The notes beneath the pieces were generated by a model that was not told the origin of the DNA, ran no database searches, and saw only the letters and a program-made list of their open reading frames with translations. From Candidatus Methylomirabilia bacterium (GTDB taxonomy: Bacteria > Methylomirabilota > Methylomirabilia > Rokubacteriales > CSP1-6), in assembly GCA_041497895.1 (NCBI GenBank), contig JBGQHJ010000114.1:1-16267 (forward strand): DNA of 16,267 bases, written 5' to 3'. The position numbers and the translations under genes are program-made. Of the stretch, positions 7,965 through 15,363 are shown piece after piece; the stretch's first letter is position 1, and each line of letters starts with the position of its first letter.

Positions 7965-8001
7965 GATGTCCTCCGGAAGATCGTGCGGCCGTGCACCGGC
8001 G

Positions 8002-8030
8002 ATCATGGAAGCGCCACGCCGCCTTGTCAA
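8002..8030 (-). promoter_or_regulatory. Sigma70-type promoter for the YidB-like gene unit
   Basis: On the - strand: TTGACA (8030-8025), 17-nt spacer, CATGAT (8007-8002). Confidence 0.6.
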
Positions 8031-8047
8031 GGCGGGCACGCTCCGCC

Positions 8048-8076
8048 TTGACAAGCGAGGCGGCGCCACCTACACC
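8048..8076 (+). promoter_or_regulatory. Sigma70-type promoter for the PhyH gene, possibly leaderless
   Basis: TTGACA 8048-8053, 17-nt spacer, weak -10 TACACC 8071-8076; ATG at 8084 is 7 nt further. Confidence 0.5.
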
Positions 8077-8083
8077 TGGGGCC

Positions 8084-8911
8084 ATGAGGGCTCTCCCGCC
8101 GGACGCGGTGGCGCGTTATCGTCGCGACGGGTTCTACTTTCCGATCCGGGTGTTCTCGGCCGAGGAGGCGGGCGAGTATCGCGCCCGGCTCGAGGCGGTG
8201 GAGCGGGCCCACGGCGGACCGCTCGGCGGTCGGCTCCGGCAGAAGGGCCATCTCCTCTTCACGTGGCTCGACCAGCTGATCCGGGATCGGCGCATCCTCG
8301 ATCCGGTCGAGGACGTGCTCGGCCCGAACCTGCTCTGCTGGAGCTCGAGCTTCTTCGTCAAGGAGGCGCGCGACCCTGCCTTCGTCTCGTGGCATCAGGA
8401 CGCGACCTACTGGGGATTGAGCGAGCCGGACGTGGTGACCGCGTGGGTCGCCTTCTCGGAGAGCTCCGTCGAGAGTGGGGCCATGCGCATGATTCCGGGG
8501 ACCCACGCCGAGCAGGTCGCGCATCGTGACACCTTCGCGCCCGACAACCTGCTCTCGCGCGGCCAGGAGATCGCGGTGGAGGTCGACGAGTCCCGCGCGG
8601 TCGACGTGGTGCTCCACCCCGGAGAGATGTCGCTGCACCACGTGCGCATGTTCCACGGCTCGCCGCCCAACCGCTCGGCCGATCGCCGCATCGGCTACGC
8701 GATCCGCTACGTCCCCACCCACGTCCGCCAGCTCTCGGAGGTGCGGGACACCGCGACGCTCGTGCGCGGGGTGGACGAGTACCACCACTTCGATCTCGAG
8801 GAGCCGCCCGCCGCCGACCTCGATCCCGCGGCGCGCGAGCGCCACGCCCTGATCATGAAGCGGCAGGGCGAGATCCTGTACCGCGGGACGACGGCGGAGC
8901 GCTTCCGCTAG
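8084..8911 (+). CDS. Phytanoyl-CoA dioxygenase (PhyH) family Fe(II)/2-oxoglutarate oxygenase, 275 aa
   Basis: MRALPPDAVARYRRDGFYFP start; FFVKEA..PAFVSWHQDATYW (HxD), TAWVAF....ESGAMRMIPGTH, HGSPPNRSADRRIG (distal His and 2OG-binding Arg). Confidence 0.92.
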   Translation: MRALPPDAVARYRRDGFYFPIRVFSAEEAGEYRARLEAVERAHGGPLGGRLRQKGHLLFTWLDQLIRDRRILDPVEDVLGPNLLCWSSSFFVKEARDPAFVSWHQDATYWGLSEPDVVTAWVAFSESSVESGAMRMIPGTHAEQVAHRDTFAPDNLLSRGQEIAVEVDESRAVDVVLHPGEMSLHHVRMFHGSPPNRSADRRIGYAIRYVPTHVRQLSEVRDTATLVRGVDEYHHFDLEEPPAADLDPAARERHALIMKRQGEILYRGTTAERFR

Positions 8912-9013
8912 TCAGGGAACGAGGCCGGCGACCGCGATGACGGCGCCCGGCGCCGCGAGCGCGGCGACCGTCTCGCCCGGCCGGAGCTCGATCCGCTCGC
9001 CGGTCGTCCGTGA

Positions 9014-9043
9014 TGGTATTCTCTCCAGCATCCCTTCGGAGGT
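9014..9043 (+). promoter_or_regulatory. Extended -10 promoter candidate and SD for the UGSC-protein gene
   Basis: TG-G-TATTCT at 9014-9022, an AT-rich spot in GC-rich DNA; SD GGAGGT 9038-9043, 6 nt before ATG 9050. Confidence 0.5.
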
Positions 9044-9049
9044 GGGCGC

Positions 9050-10798
9050 ATGAACGGTTCGGACGGACGCGAGATCTACCGGGTGGTGTGGCCGCGCGGG
9101 GCGCGGACCGTGCAGGCCGCCGACGTCGCTCCGCGGCTCTCCACGCTCGAGGGCAAGACGATCGGCCAGCTCTGGGACGATCTCTTCCGCGGCGACGAGA
9201 TCTTCCCGATCCTGGAGGAGGAGCTCGCGCGCCGCTTCCCCGGGGTCCGCTTCGTGCGCTACGACACCTTCGGCTCGACCCACGGCCGCCACGAGCAGCG
9301 GGTGCTCGCGGAGCTGCCCGAGATGCTGCGGCGCCACGAGGTGGACGCGGTCATCTCGGGGATGGCCTGCTGAGGGAGCTGCACGCCCGCCGTGCTGCGG
9401 GCAAGCGCAGTGGTCGAGCGGGCCGGAGTGCCGACCGCGTCCCTGGTCTGCGAGGGCTTCCTCGGGCAGGCCGCCACCACCTCCATCGGTCTCGGGCTGC
9501 CCGGCCTGCCCACCGCGCTGGTGCCGGGTCACGTTGACGTGCAGAGCCCGGAGGAGCTGCGGGCGAACGTGGCCGCGGTGACGGTGGACGCGGTGATCCG
9601 CAACCTCACCGAGGCGCCCGCTCGGGCGGGCGGCGCGGTCGTGGAGCCGGCGCCGGCCGACATCGTCTTCGAGGGGACCTTCGACGAGGTCAACCGCTTC
9701 TACTACGAGAACGACTGGAGCGACGGCCTGCCGATCGTGCCGCCGACGCCCGACCGTGTCGCCCAGTTCCTGCGCTTCTGCGACCGGCCGGCCCAGACCG
9801 AGCTGGGCGTGCTGCTGCCCGACAAGCGACGCGCCACCGTCTGGAACGTGGCGGTGAACGGGGTGATGGCGGGGTGCCGCCCCGAGTACATGCCGATCCT
9901 GGTCGCGCTGGTGGAGGCGATGGCCGATCCGCGCTACGGCGTGGAGCACAGCGGCAACACTCCCGGCGCCGAGACCCTGATCATCCTGAACGGGCCCCTC
10001 ATCAAGGAGCTGGGCTTCAACTACGAGCAGGGCGCGCTGCGCGACGGCGTTCAGGCCAACACCACGATCGGGCGTTTCTGGCGCCTCTACCTCCGTAACG
10101 TCGCCGGCTTCCTCCACCACCGCACCGACAAGGGCACGTTCGGCAACACCTGGCGGGTGGTGCTGGCCGAGAACGAGGACGCGCTGCGCCGGATCGGCTG
10201 GACCACCATCGCGGCGGACGAGGGCGTCCCCGGCGGCAACGCGGTCACGATCTCGCGCTATACCGGCGGCGGCGTCATCGCCTCGGTGTTCGGCAATCGC
10301 CCGGAGCTGATGCTGCCGTACCTGGCCGACGCCATCGTGGGCAAGGTCGGCTGGGAGCTGCTGTTCACCGTCGGCATGGGCGTGGGCAGCCAGCGGCCGC
10401 TCCTGATCCTGAGCCCGATCCTGGCCGAGACGCTCGCCAAGGGCGGGCTCGACAAGGCGGCGCTCAAGCAGCGGCTCTTCGAGCTGGCGCGCATCCCGGC
10501 CGCGAAGTTCGAGCGCTACGTGGGGGAGTGGACCAACTTCGTGCCGGGGCGGCCAAGCCTGGCCGAGCTGGTGAAGTCGGGCCAGATCCCGGCCGTCTTC
10601 GCCGAGTCCGAGGACCCGGAGCGCCTGGTGCCCATCGTCTGCCGCGCGGAGGACCTGATGGTGGCGGTGAGCGGCGATCCGCTGCGCACCAACGCCTACG
10701 CCTTCGCCCACAACGGCATCCTGGGTTATCCCACGACGAAGCCGGTCCGCCTCCCCGCGGACTGGGCCGTCCTGCTGCGCGAAGCCCGAGCCCGCTGA
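9050..10798 (+). CDS. UGSC-family selenoprotein (C107-U108-G-S-C111) fused to a large W[ST]DGLP.VPPT domain, 582 aa
   Basis: Track ORFs 9050..9373 and 9392..10798 are in the same frame. Read-through gives VDAVISGMAC-U-GSCTPAVLRASAVVERAGVPT, i.e. the UGSC/UxxC motif. Hairpin 11 nt after TGA 9371-9373. Confidence 0.87.
9379..9410 (+). promoter_or_regulatory. Putative bacterial SECIS element of the UGSC gene
   Basis: Upper stem GCCCGC (9385-9390) / GCGGGC (9397-9402), loop CGTGCT with G at position 2, starting 11 nt after the TGA; lower stem CTGC (9379-9382) / GCAG (9407-9410). Confidence 0.72.
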
Positions 10799-10808
10799 CC
10801 GGCGGCCC

Positions 10809-11975
10809 GTGGATTCGGTCTGGGTGCTGCTGCCATCGGGCCAGCGGGCCTCGGGTGAGTGGATCGACGATACCCTGCGGGCGCGCGCGGCGGAGAAGGG
10901 GCTGCTCGCGCGCAGCCCGCGCGCGGGGGAGTTCCCGCGCCAGCGCGTGGAGCTGATCCGCGACGCCGATCCGGTGGCCGCGGTCAACCGGCTCTACCGG
11001 GAGCGCGGCTGGACCGACGGGCTGCCGGTCGTCCCGCCCACCCTCGGGCGGGTGGACGCGATGCTGGCGGAGAGCCCGCTCGAGCGCCACGTGGTCCTGG
11101 GCGACGTGGAGCCGCTCGGCGGGGTGGCGACGGTGGAGAAGGTCGCGGCCAACGCGGTGCTGGCGGGCTGCGAGCCGCCGTACTTCCCGGTGGTGCTGGC
11201 CGCGGTGCAGGCCATCCTCGATCCCACGTTCAACCTGCGCGGCGTGCAGACCACCGACGAGAACGTGGCGCCGCTGCTCGTGGTGAGCGGGCCGGTCGCG
11301 GCCCGGATCGGGGTCAACGCGACGTGGGGTGCCCTCGGCCCCGGGTGGCCGGCCAACGCGACGATCGGCCGCGCACTGCGCTTCGTCATGCACAACCTGG
11401 GGGGCGGCTGGCCCGGGGCCGTCTCCTTCGCGGGTCTGGGCCAGCCGGGCCGCTACACCCTGTGCCTGGCCGAGCGCGAGGACACGCCGTGGCCGCCGCT
11501 GCACGTCGAGCTCGGCTACCGCCCCGATCAGAGCGCGGTCACCGTGCTGCGCGCCGAGACCGTGATCAACGTCACCGGCGGCCTCGACGAGCTGGCGAGC
11601 GTGATGGGCTCGGCCGCCTCGCTCTTCGGCATTCTCCACGGCGGCAAGCCCGGCGTGATCCTCTCGCCGTTCACCGCGCGGCGCCTGGCCGGCGAGGGCT
11701 TCACCCGGGGCCGGGTCCGGCGCGAGCTCTTCGACCGGGGACGGCTCGCCGCGGAGACCTGGCGCCGCTCGTGGATCCACGCCACCGTGCGCGCGAGCGA
11801 CTGGCCCGAGTGGGTGCGCGCGGCGGCCGAGAGCGGCGCGATCCCGGCGGTGCGCGAGCCGGATGACATCACCCTGATCGTGGCCGGCGCCGATCTGCCG
11901 ATTCCCCAGCACGCCTACTGCCCGTCGTGGGGCCATCCGCCCTGCCGGGTCACGCGCGAGATTGTATCCGGCTAG
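10809..11975 (+). CDS. Uncharacterised protein, paralogue of the C-terminal domain of the upstream UGSC protein
   Basis: Shares collinear blocks with 9050..10798: WTDGLPVVPPT/WSDGLPIVPPT, ATVEKVAANAVLAGCEP/ATVWNVAVNGVMAGCRP, ANATIGR/ANTTIGR, LAERED/LAENED, ILSP/ILSP. GTG start is uncertain (no clear SD). Confidence 0.85.
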   Translation: MDSVWVLLPSGQRASGEWIDDTLRARAAEKGLLARSPRAGEFPRQRVELIRDADPVAAVNRLYRERGWTDGLPVVPPTLGRVDAMLAESPLERHVVLGDVEPLGGVATVEKVAANAVLAGCEPPYFPVVLAAVQAILDPTFNLRGVQTTDENVAPLLVVSGPVAARIGVNATWGALGPGWPANATIGRALRFVMHNLGGGWPGAVSFAGLGQPGRYTLCLAEREDTPWPPLHVELGYRPDQSAVTVLRAETVINVTGGLDELASVMGSAASLFGILHGGKPGVILSPFTARRLAGEGFTRGRVRRELFDRGRLAAETWRRSWIHATVRASDWPEWVRAAAESGAIPAVREPDDITLIVAGADLPIPQHAYCPSWGHPPCRVTREIVSG

Positions 11976-12035
11976 GTGCCCTTGACGCCGCGCCCCCCGG
12001 AGGCGCAGCATGGTCTCCGTCCGGAGACCCTCTCA

Positions 12036-13202
12036 ATGACCAGCCCCTTCGTGCCCGGCCCGGCGGTGCGCATCGCCGGGGCCCCGGGCGGTCCGCTCGC
12101 CGGCCTGACGTTCGCCGCCAAGGACCTGTTCGACGTCGCCGGGCATCCGACCGGCGGGGGCAATCCGGACTGGGCGCGGGCGCATCCCGTCCCCACGCGT
12201 CACGCCTGGGCCGTGCAGCGCCTGCTCGACGCCGGAGCGAGCCTGATCGGCAAGACCGTGACCGACGAGGTCTCGCTCGGCATCCTCGGCGAGAATCCGT
12301 TCGACGGCACGCCGCTCAACCCGAAGGGTCCCGACCGCGTGCCCGGGGGCTCCTCGTCGGGCTCGGCCTCGGCGGTGGCCCAGGGGCTCTGCGACACCGC
12401 GCTCGGCACCGACACCGGTGGATCGGTGCGCGTGCCGGCGAGCTTCTGCGGGCTCTACGGCATCCGGCCGACCCACGGCCGGCTCGATCTGGGCGGCATG
12501 ATGCGCCAGGCGCCCAGCTCCGACACCACCGGGTGGTTCGCCCGCGACGCCGACACGTTCGCGCGCGTCTCCGAGGTGCTGCTGGGGGAGCCGGTGGCGG
12601 CGGACCTGCCGACGCGCCTCGTCGTGGCGACCGACGCCTTCGGTCTCGCGGACGACGAGACCGCGGCGGCGCTGCGGCCGATGGTGTGCCGGCTGTCGGC
12701 CCTGGTGCGCGACATGCGCGAGGAGCTCCTGGCCCCGCCCGGCCTGTCGGTCTGGGCCCGCGCGCAGCGCACGCTGCAATCCTACGAGGCGTGGGTGACC
12801 TTCAAGGACTGGATCGATCGCGAGAATCCGCGCATGGCCTGGAGCGTCGCGCGCAACCTGGCGCTGGCCACCACGATCTCGGAGCCGGAGCGGGAGTGGG
12901 CGGCGCTGACCCGCGCCGAGGCCCGCGGCCGCCTCGCCTGGCTCCTGCGGCCCGGCACCATCCTGTGCCTGCCGACGACCCCGTTTCCCGCGCCTCGCAA
13001 GGGCCTGCCGCTGCCGATCCTCTCCCCGCTGCGCGCGCGCATCACCTGCCTGGCCGCGCACGGAGGCCTGACCGGGGTGCCGCAGGTGAGCGTTCCCGGC
13101 GCGCACGTGGCCGGGCTGCCGGTCGGCCTGTCCATCCTGGGCGCGCGCGGCACCGACGCCACGCTGGTGGCGGTCGCGAAGGCCATGGACTGCGGCCGAT
13201 GA
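12036..13202 (+). CDS. Amidase-signature family amidase
   Basis: SD GGAGA 12023-12027, ATG 12036. KDLFDVAG (Lys), PGGSSSGSASAVA (cis-Ser), LGTDTGGSVRVPASFCGLYGIRPTHG (nucleophile Ser). Confidence 0.93.
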   Translation: MTSPFVPGPAVRIAGAPGGPLAGLTFAAKDLFDVAGHPTGGGNPDWARAHPVPTRHAWAVQRLLDAGASLIGKTVTDEVSLGILGENPFDGTPLNPKGPDRVPGGSSSGSASAVAQGLCDTALGTDTGGSVRVPASFCGLYGIRPTHGRLDLGGMMRQAPSSDTTGWFARDADTFARVSEVLLGEPVAADLPTRLVVATDAFGLADDETAAALRPMVCRLSALVRDMREELLAPPGLSVWARAQRTLQSYEAWVTFKDWIDRENPRMAWSVARNLALATTISEPEREWAALTRAEARGRLAWLLRPGTILCLPTTPFPAPRKGLPLPILSPLRARITCLAAHGGLTGVPQVSVPGAHVAGLPVGLSILGARGTDATLVAVAKAMDCGR

Positions 13203-13606
13203 TCGACGTGACGCCCAACCTGCCTGACGTGGTGGCCGAGGTGCGCGAGCTCTTCGAGCGCTACGAGCAGGCGCTCGTCGACAAGGACGTCGACGTCCTC
13301 GACGCCACCTTCTGGGAGAGCCCGCACACCGTCCGGTACGCGCTGCACGAGAACGGGTACGGCTTCACCGAGATCCACGCCCACCGGGTGGCGCGCCCGC
13401 CGGGCCCTGGCATCAAGGAGCGGCGCACCCGCCTCGAGATCCTCACCCTCGGGCGCGACCTCGCCACCGTGAACCTCGAGTTCAAGGTGCGCGGCCGCGA
13501 CCTGATCGGCCGGCAGAGCCAGACCTGGGTGCGGTTCCCCGCCGCCGGCTGGAAGGTGATCGCCGCTCACGTCTCCACCATGAACGAGGGCCCGCTCTGG
13601 CCATGA
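13199..13606 (+). CDS. AtzH-like / HpxZ-like (DUF3225, NTF2-like) protein, 135 aa
   Basis: ATGA overlap with the amidase stop. Motifs N.PDVVAEV...FERYEQAL, LDATFWESPHTVRY...EN.YG..EI, GRQSQTWVRF...GWKVIAAHVS. Confidence 0.88.
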   Translation: MIDVTPNLPDVVAEVRELFERYEQALVDKDVDVLDATFWESPHTVRYALHENGYGFTEIHAHRVARPPGPGIKERRTRLEILTLGRDLATVNLEFKVRGRDLIGRQSQTWVRFPAAGWKVIAAHVSTMNEGPLWP

Positions 13607-15363
13607 CGACTCCGGCGCCGTCCACCCGCGCCCTGGCCGCCGACGTCGATCCGGTGCGGTTCGAGGTCATCCGCAACGCGCTCCTCGCGATCACCGAGGA
13701 GATGGGGGCGACGCTCCGGCGCGCCGCCTACTCCACCAACATCAAGACCCGCGGCGATTTCTCGTGCGCGTTCTTCGATCGCGACCTGCGTACCATCGCC
13801 CAGGCCTTCGCCCAGCCGTCGCATCTGGGCTCGCTCGCCCACATCGTGCCGCGGGCCATCGCGACCTACGGGGCCGACCGCCTCGCCCCCGGCGACGGCA
13901 TCCTCATCAACGACCCGTACCTGGGCGGCGTGCACCTGAACGACATCACGCTCATCACGCCCGTGTTCCACGAGGGGGCGCTCTTCGGCTTCGTGGCCAA
14001 CATCGCGCACCACGTCGACGTGGGGGGCGGCGCCCCGGGCAGCATCGGAGTGTCGAGCGAGATCTACCAGGAGGGGCTGGTCATCCCGCCGGTGCGGTTC
14101 GTGAAGGGCGGCCAGATCGACCGCGACCTCTTCGCGATGATCCGCTCGAACTTCCGCGGTACCCGCGAGATCTCGGGCGACTTCCGCGCCCAGACCGCGG
14201 CCAACCGCCTGGGGGCGCAGCGGATCGAGGCCCTCGCCGCCCAGCACGGCGCCGCCGCCCTGACCCACTACCTCGACGAGCTGCTGCGCTACACCGAGCG
14301 GCGCACCCGGGTCGCCTTCGCGGAGTTCCCGGACGGCCGCTTCACCGCCGACATGCTCATGGACGGCGACGGGGTCACCGACCAGCCGGTGCGGCTCGAG
14401 GCGACGGTCACCATCGAGCGGGGTCGCCTGTCGGTGGATCTCACCGGCTGCGACGACCAGCGCAAGTCCCCGACCAACGCCACGTCGTCGCAGACCTACT
14501 CCGGCGTCGTCTACGTGCTCAAGTGCCTGATCGATCCGGACATCCCGGTCAACGACGGCTTCTACCGCCTGATCGACATCCGGAGCCGGCCCGGCTCGGT
14601 CGTCCACGCCCAGCATCCCGCCGCGGTGGCCGCGGGCTGGGAGATCGCGATGCAGCTCTGCGATCTCCTGTTCAAGGCGCTGGCCCCCGCGCTGCCCGAT
14701 CGCGTGGTCGCGGGCACCAAGGGCTGCGTGTGCAACATCGCCTTCGGCGGGGTGAGCCCGGGCAGCGGGGAGTACTTCACCTACTACGAGACCATCGCGG
14801 GCGGCTACGGGGCCACGCTGACCACCGACGGCATGGACGCGGTGCAGGCGCACTTCCAGAACACCGAGAACGCGCCGGTCGAGGAGACGGAGGCCAACTA
14901 CCCGGTGCGCATCCTGCGCTACGCCCTGATCGAGAACTCGGAGGGCGGGGGCCGCCACCGCGGCGGCCTCGGGGTGCGGCGCGACTACGCGTTCCCCGGG
15001 CACGCGCCGAGCTTCTCGATCCTCTCCGACAAGGCGCGCTACGCCCCGTGGGGCCTCTTCGGCGGCGCGGCGGCGCGGCCCGCGCGGTACATCCTGAACC
15101 CGGACACGCCGGGCGCGCGCGAGCTGCCCTCCAAGATCACGTTTCAGCTCGGGCCGGGCGACGTGGTGAGCGTGCAGACCCCCGGCGGTGGTGGGACCGA
15201 GGCGCCGCTCGAGCGGGACCCGACGCGGGTGGCCGCCGACGTGGCCCAGGGCAAGATCTCGGCGGAGCGTGCCCGCGCCGTCTACGGCGTGGTCGTGGAC
15301 GCGGCCACCCAGGCCCTCGACGCGGCGGCCACTACCGCCGTGCGAGCGGGGCTTCGGCCGTGA
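13603..15363 (+). CDS. Hydantoinase B / 5-oxoprolinase subunit (HyuB-like)
   Basis: ATGA overlap. Motifs DPVRFEVIRNAL..ITEEMG..LRRAAYSTNIKTRGDFSCA, HLGS, NDPYLGGVHLND, HHVDVGG..PGS, EIYQEGLVIPP, TPGGGG. Confidence 0.93.
   Translation: MTTPAPSTRALAADVDPVRFEVIRNALLAITEEMGATLRRAAYSTNIKTRGDFSCAFFDRDLRTIAQAFAQPSHLGSLAHIVPRAIATYGADRLAPGDGILINDPYLGGVHLNDITLITPVFHEGALFGFVANIAHHVDVGGGAPGSIGVSSEIYQEGLVIPPVRFVKGGQIDRDLFAMIRSNFRGTREISGDFRAQTAANRLGAQRIEALAAQHGAAALTHYLDELLRYTERRTRVAFAEFPDGRFTADMLMDGDGVTDQPVRLEATVTIERGRLSVDLTGCDDQRKSPTNATSSQTYSGVVYVLKCLIDPDIPVNDGFYRLIDIRSRPGSVVHAQHPAAVAAGWEIAMQLCDLLFKALAPALPDRVVAGTKGCVCNIAFGGVSPGSGEYFTYYETIAGGYGATLTTDGMDAVQAHFQNTENAPVEETEANYPVRILRYALIENSEGGGRHRGGLGVRRDYAFPGHAPSFSILSDKARYAPWGLFGGAAARPARYILNPDTPGARELPSKITFQLGPGDVVSVQTPGGGGTEAPLERDPTRVAADVAQGKISAERARAVYGVVVDAATQALDAAATTAVRAGLRP

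Noticed and set aside
8084..8911. Fe/2OG halogenase
   Set aside because: The facial triad is H-Q-D; halogenases replace the Asp with Ala or Gly.
9050..10798. Two separate genes (107 aa and 468 aa) as in the ORF track
   Set aside because: Same frame, and the junction spells C-U-G-S-C with a downstream hairpin; splitting would cut the motif-bearing domain in half.
1450..12035. Upstream-extended starts in the ORF track (1450, 2516, 7991, 8069, 8085, 11927, 11976)
   Set aside because: The extensions overlap neighbouring genes or promoters and are low-complexity; downstream starts fit SD position or family N-termini better.
8912..15003. Long antisense ORFs (8912..10987, 10464..12011, 12033..13106, 13567..15003) and similar ones elsewhere
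   Set aside because: Shadow ORFs expected opposite real genes in high-GC DNA; no recognisable motifs.
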